NCBI GenBank assembly: GCA_963662405.2 | Contig: CAXXKT010000003.1 | Span: 416,001-480,000, forward strand | Reading direction: 5' to 3' | Source: Syntrophales bacterium | GTDB taxonomy: Bacteria > Desulfobacterota > Syntrophia > Syntrophales > UBA2210 | Length of the DNA: 64,000 nt | In this document: positions 62,365 through 64,000 of the stretch, piece after piece | How the letters are laid out: the number at the start of each line of letters is the position of its first letter | Numbering within the stretch: position 1 is the first letter of the stretch | Translations under genes and position numbers: made by a program | The notes under the pieces: model-generated | Told to the model about the DNA's origin: nothing | What the model saw: only the letters and a program-made list of their open reading frames with translations | Databases searched by the model: none

Positions 62365-62389
62365 CACACGATCGGCCACCGGGAGATGA

Positions 62390-62698
62390 TCAATCACGGC
62401 TTTTCTTTCTTGGAGATTTACGAGACATGTACCGCCACCCCCGCTTGGCCAGGAGTCGTGAATAGCGAATCCCCTCCGGACCGGCCAGCAGTGCCCCCAA
62501 GCCCAGCATCCCCCAAGACAGGGCGTAGAGGACAAAGCCGAGGTAGGTAAAAAATATATCACGTGCGCCGATAGCGACGGCATTACATACCAGCAGGGCC
62601 ACCCACCCGAGCGGCTGATTGATCGTCAGGAGCAGTATCCCGATATAAAACCGGGGGCTGAACCGCTCAGATCTCGTATTGCCTGATGTGTCTTGCAC
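62390..62698 (-). CDS. Small two-TM membrane protein
   Basis: 102 aa with two hydrophobic segments; GGAGG upstream. Confidence 0.65.
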   Translation of the reverse strand: MQDTSGNTRSERFSPRFYIGILLLTINQPLGWVALLVCNAVAIGARDIFFTYLGFVLYALSWGMLGLGALLAGPEGIRYSRLLAKRGWRYMSRKSPRKKSRD

Positions 62699-62731
62699 CG
62701 ACGTTCGGGCCTCCTTGGGGGCCTGCCTCTG

Positions 62732-63961
62732 CTACACGTTGAAGGCTTCCCCCTCCTTTGGGGCAATGCAGAGAGTGGAGGCCCCTCGTTCCGCTAACAC
62801 GGCCCGTGCTGTCTCCAGCTTCGTGTCTATATCGTCATCCGTTTGATCCAGGTCATGGTGGAACAGGTACAGCTTTTTCACGCCGGCCCGGTCGGCCAGC
62901 TCCACTACGCGGTTTACCGATGAGTGTCCCCAACCGATCTTGTCCTCGTATTCCTCATGCATATAGGTGGTATCGCTTATCAAGACATCGGTGCCTGCGA
63001 TAAAGGCTTCCAGCTTTCCGATATACTGTCCGTCGTATAGGTCGCTGGAATGAGGGTAAAGCTCATGGTCCGTCACGTAGCAGAATGACTTACCCTTGTA
63101 GTCAAGGCGGTACCCCAGGCACTCGCCCGGGTGCTCCAGGAATATGGTTTGTATCGTTGCTCCCCCGATAACGAGCTGTTCCTCACCCAGGTCGTGGAAG
63201 GAAAGTCTCGCGCCGAATTCCTTGATATGAATGGGAAAATATGTTCCGTTCATCTGTTCCGCTATCAATTCGCGCAGGGAGACGGTCCCCCGTAAGGGAC
63301 CGTAGATATTAAAGGAATTTTCCTTTGAATAGAGGGGCGCGAAAAAGGGAAGGCCATGGATATGATCCCAGTGTGGGTGTGATATGAAGATGGAACCCTT
63401 TGTTTGCGTACGGTGTTCGGCTATGAGATGATTCGAGAATTCTTTGATTCCACTCCCGGCGTCGAAGATGAAGAGTGCGTCTCCGGGGAGATGAAGACTG
63501 ACGCAGGGGGTATTCCCTCCGTATCGCACCGTTTTGTGTCCCGGTACCGTCAGTGTCCCATGCACACCCCAGAAGATAAATCTGATTTCGTTCTCAAGAA
63601 GCTGTTTGAGATCACATACGACCTCTTGTACCCCACCCGCTTTCGGTATGAGTTCGTCGGCCCCGGCGGCGAGTGCTTCCTGACGGATCTGATCCGATTG
63701 ATCTATAGACAGGAGGACTATCCTGGTATCGCTCAGGCCATGAATTCCCCGCAGGTGTCGAATGATTGCAGCACTGTCCCTTCCGGAAGCAGCTGTATCC
63801 ATAATAATACAGGAGGGACGGTGGGCGACAATCTTCGACACGGTATCGCTCCCGGCGCTGCCGGCACAGACTGAATGCCCCTCCGAACTCAGGGTTTCGA
63901 TGAGCGTCCGTGTGAAGGAGGGATCGTCATCAATAACAAAAAACCTGTATTTCCTATTCAT
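62732..63961 (-). CDS. Response-regulator receiver domain fused to an MBL-fold hydrolase
   Basis: N-terminal VIDDD..IMD..IPK receiver; YGGNTPC, DAGSG, SHPHWDH, GWGHS and LFHH. Confidence 0.88.
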   Translation of the reverse strand: MNRKYRFFVIDDDPSFTRTLIETLSSEGHSVCAGSAGSDTVSKIVAHRPSCIIMDTAASGRDSAAIIRHLRGIHGLSDTRIVLLSIDQSDQIRQEALAAGADELIPKAGGVQEVVCDLKQLLENEIRFIFWGVHGTLTVPGHKTVRYGGNTPCVSLHLPGDALFIFDAGSGIKEFSNHLIAEHRTQTKGSIFISHPHWDHIHGLPFFAPLYSKENSFNIYGPLRGTVSLRELIAEQMNGTYFPIHIKEFGARLSFHDLGEEQLVIGGATIQTIFLEHPGECLGYRLDYKGKSFCYVTDHELYPHSSDLYDGQYIGKLEAFIAGTDVLISDTTYMHEEYEDKIGWGHSSVNRVVELADRAGVKKLYLFHHDLDQTDDDIDTKLETARAVLAERGASTLCIAPKEGEAFNV

Positions 63962-64000
63962 GGCGCTTCCGGACGGCGGATTTATACGGTGGCGAAGATT

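Noticed and set aside
1..64000. CRISPR array or rRNA
   Set aside because: No regularly spaced repeat-spacer series or rRNA-like sequence was seen.

Overview
Bacterial chromosome window, probably a deltaproteobacterium (Desulfobacterota/Syntrophales-like; inferred from gene order and protein style). (1) About 1.7-21.0 kb is an integrative element next to the 3' end of tRNA-Glu(CUC). It carries a tyrosine integrase, an overlapping excisionase-like HTH gene, an AEP primase-polymerase and a VirD4/HerA-like ATPase. It also carries an unusual core: XRE regulator, sigma-factor-like protein, putative anti-sigma, and a Lon(S16) protease domain fused to a ~190-aa helical domain that occurs four times in the element. 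An identically spaced ECF-like promoter motif (TGAAACAAT-N12-TCCGCTT) precedes both the ATPase and primase operons. An AT-richer, defence-type cargo (MBL hydrolase, E2-E1-JAB fusion, 4TM protein, broken second MBL) is inserted in the middle. (2) 21.0-58.3 kb is housekeeping: tRNA-Glu/Gln, yceD-rpmF-fab, rpiB-glyA, nrdR-rib-nusB, trkAH, yggS, yhaM-fdhD-selB, ruvX-mltG and the dcw cluster mraZ..ftsZ. plsX/fabH, ribD and ddl are absent from their usual slots. (3) 58.6-64 kb holds an IS3-family element inserted in a PAS-GGDEF gene, a second PAS-GGDEF paralogue with a nonsense codon, and a REC-MBL gene. No CRISPR array or rRNA was seen. All family calls come from reading motifs by eye; no searches were run.
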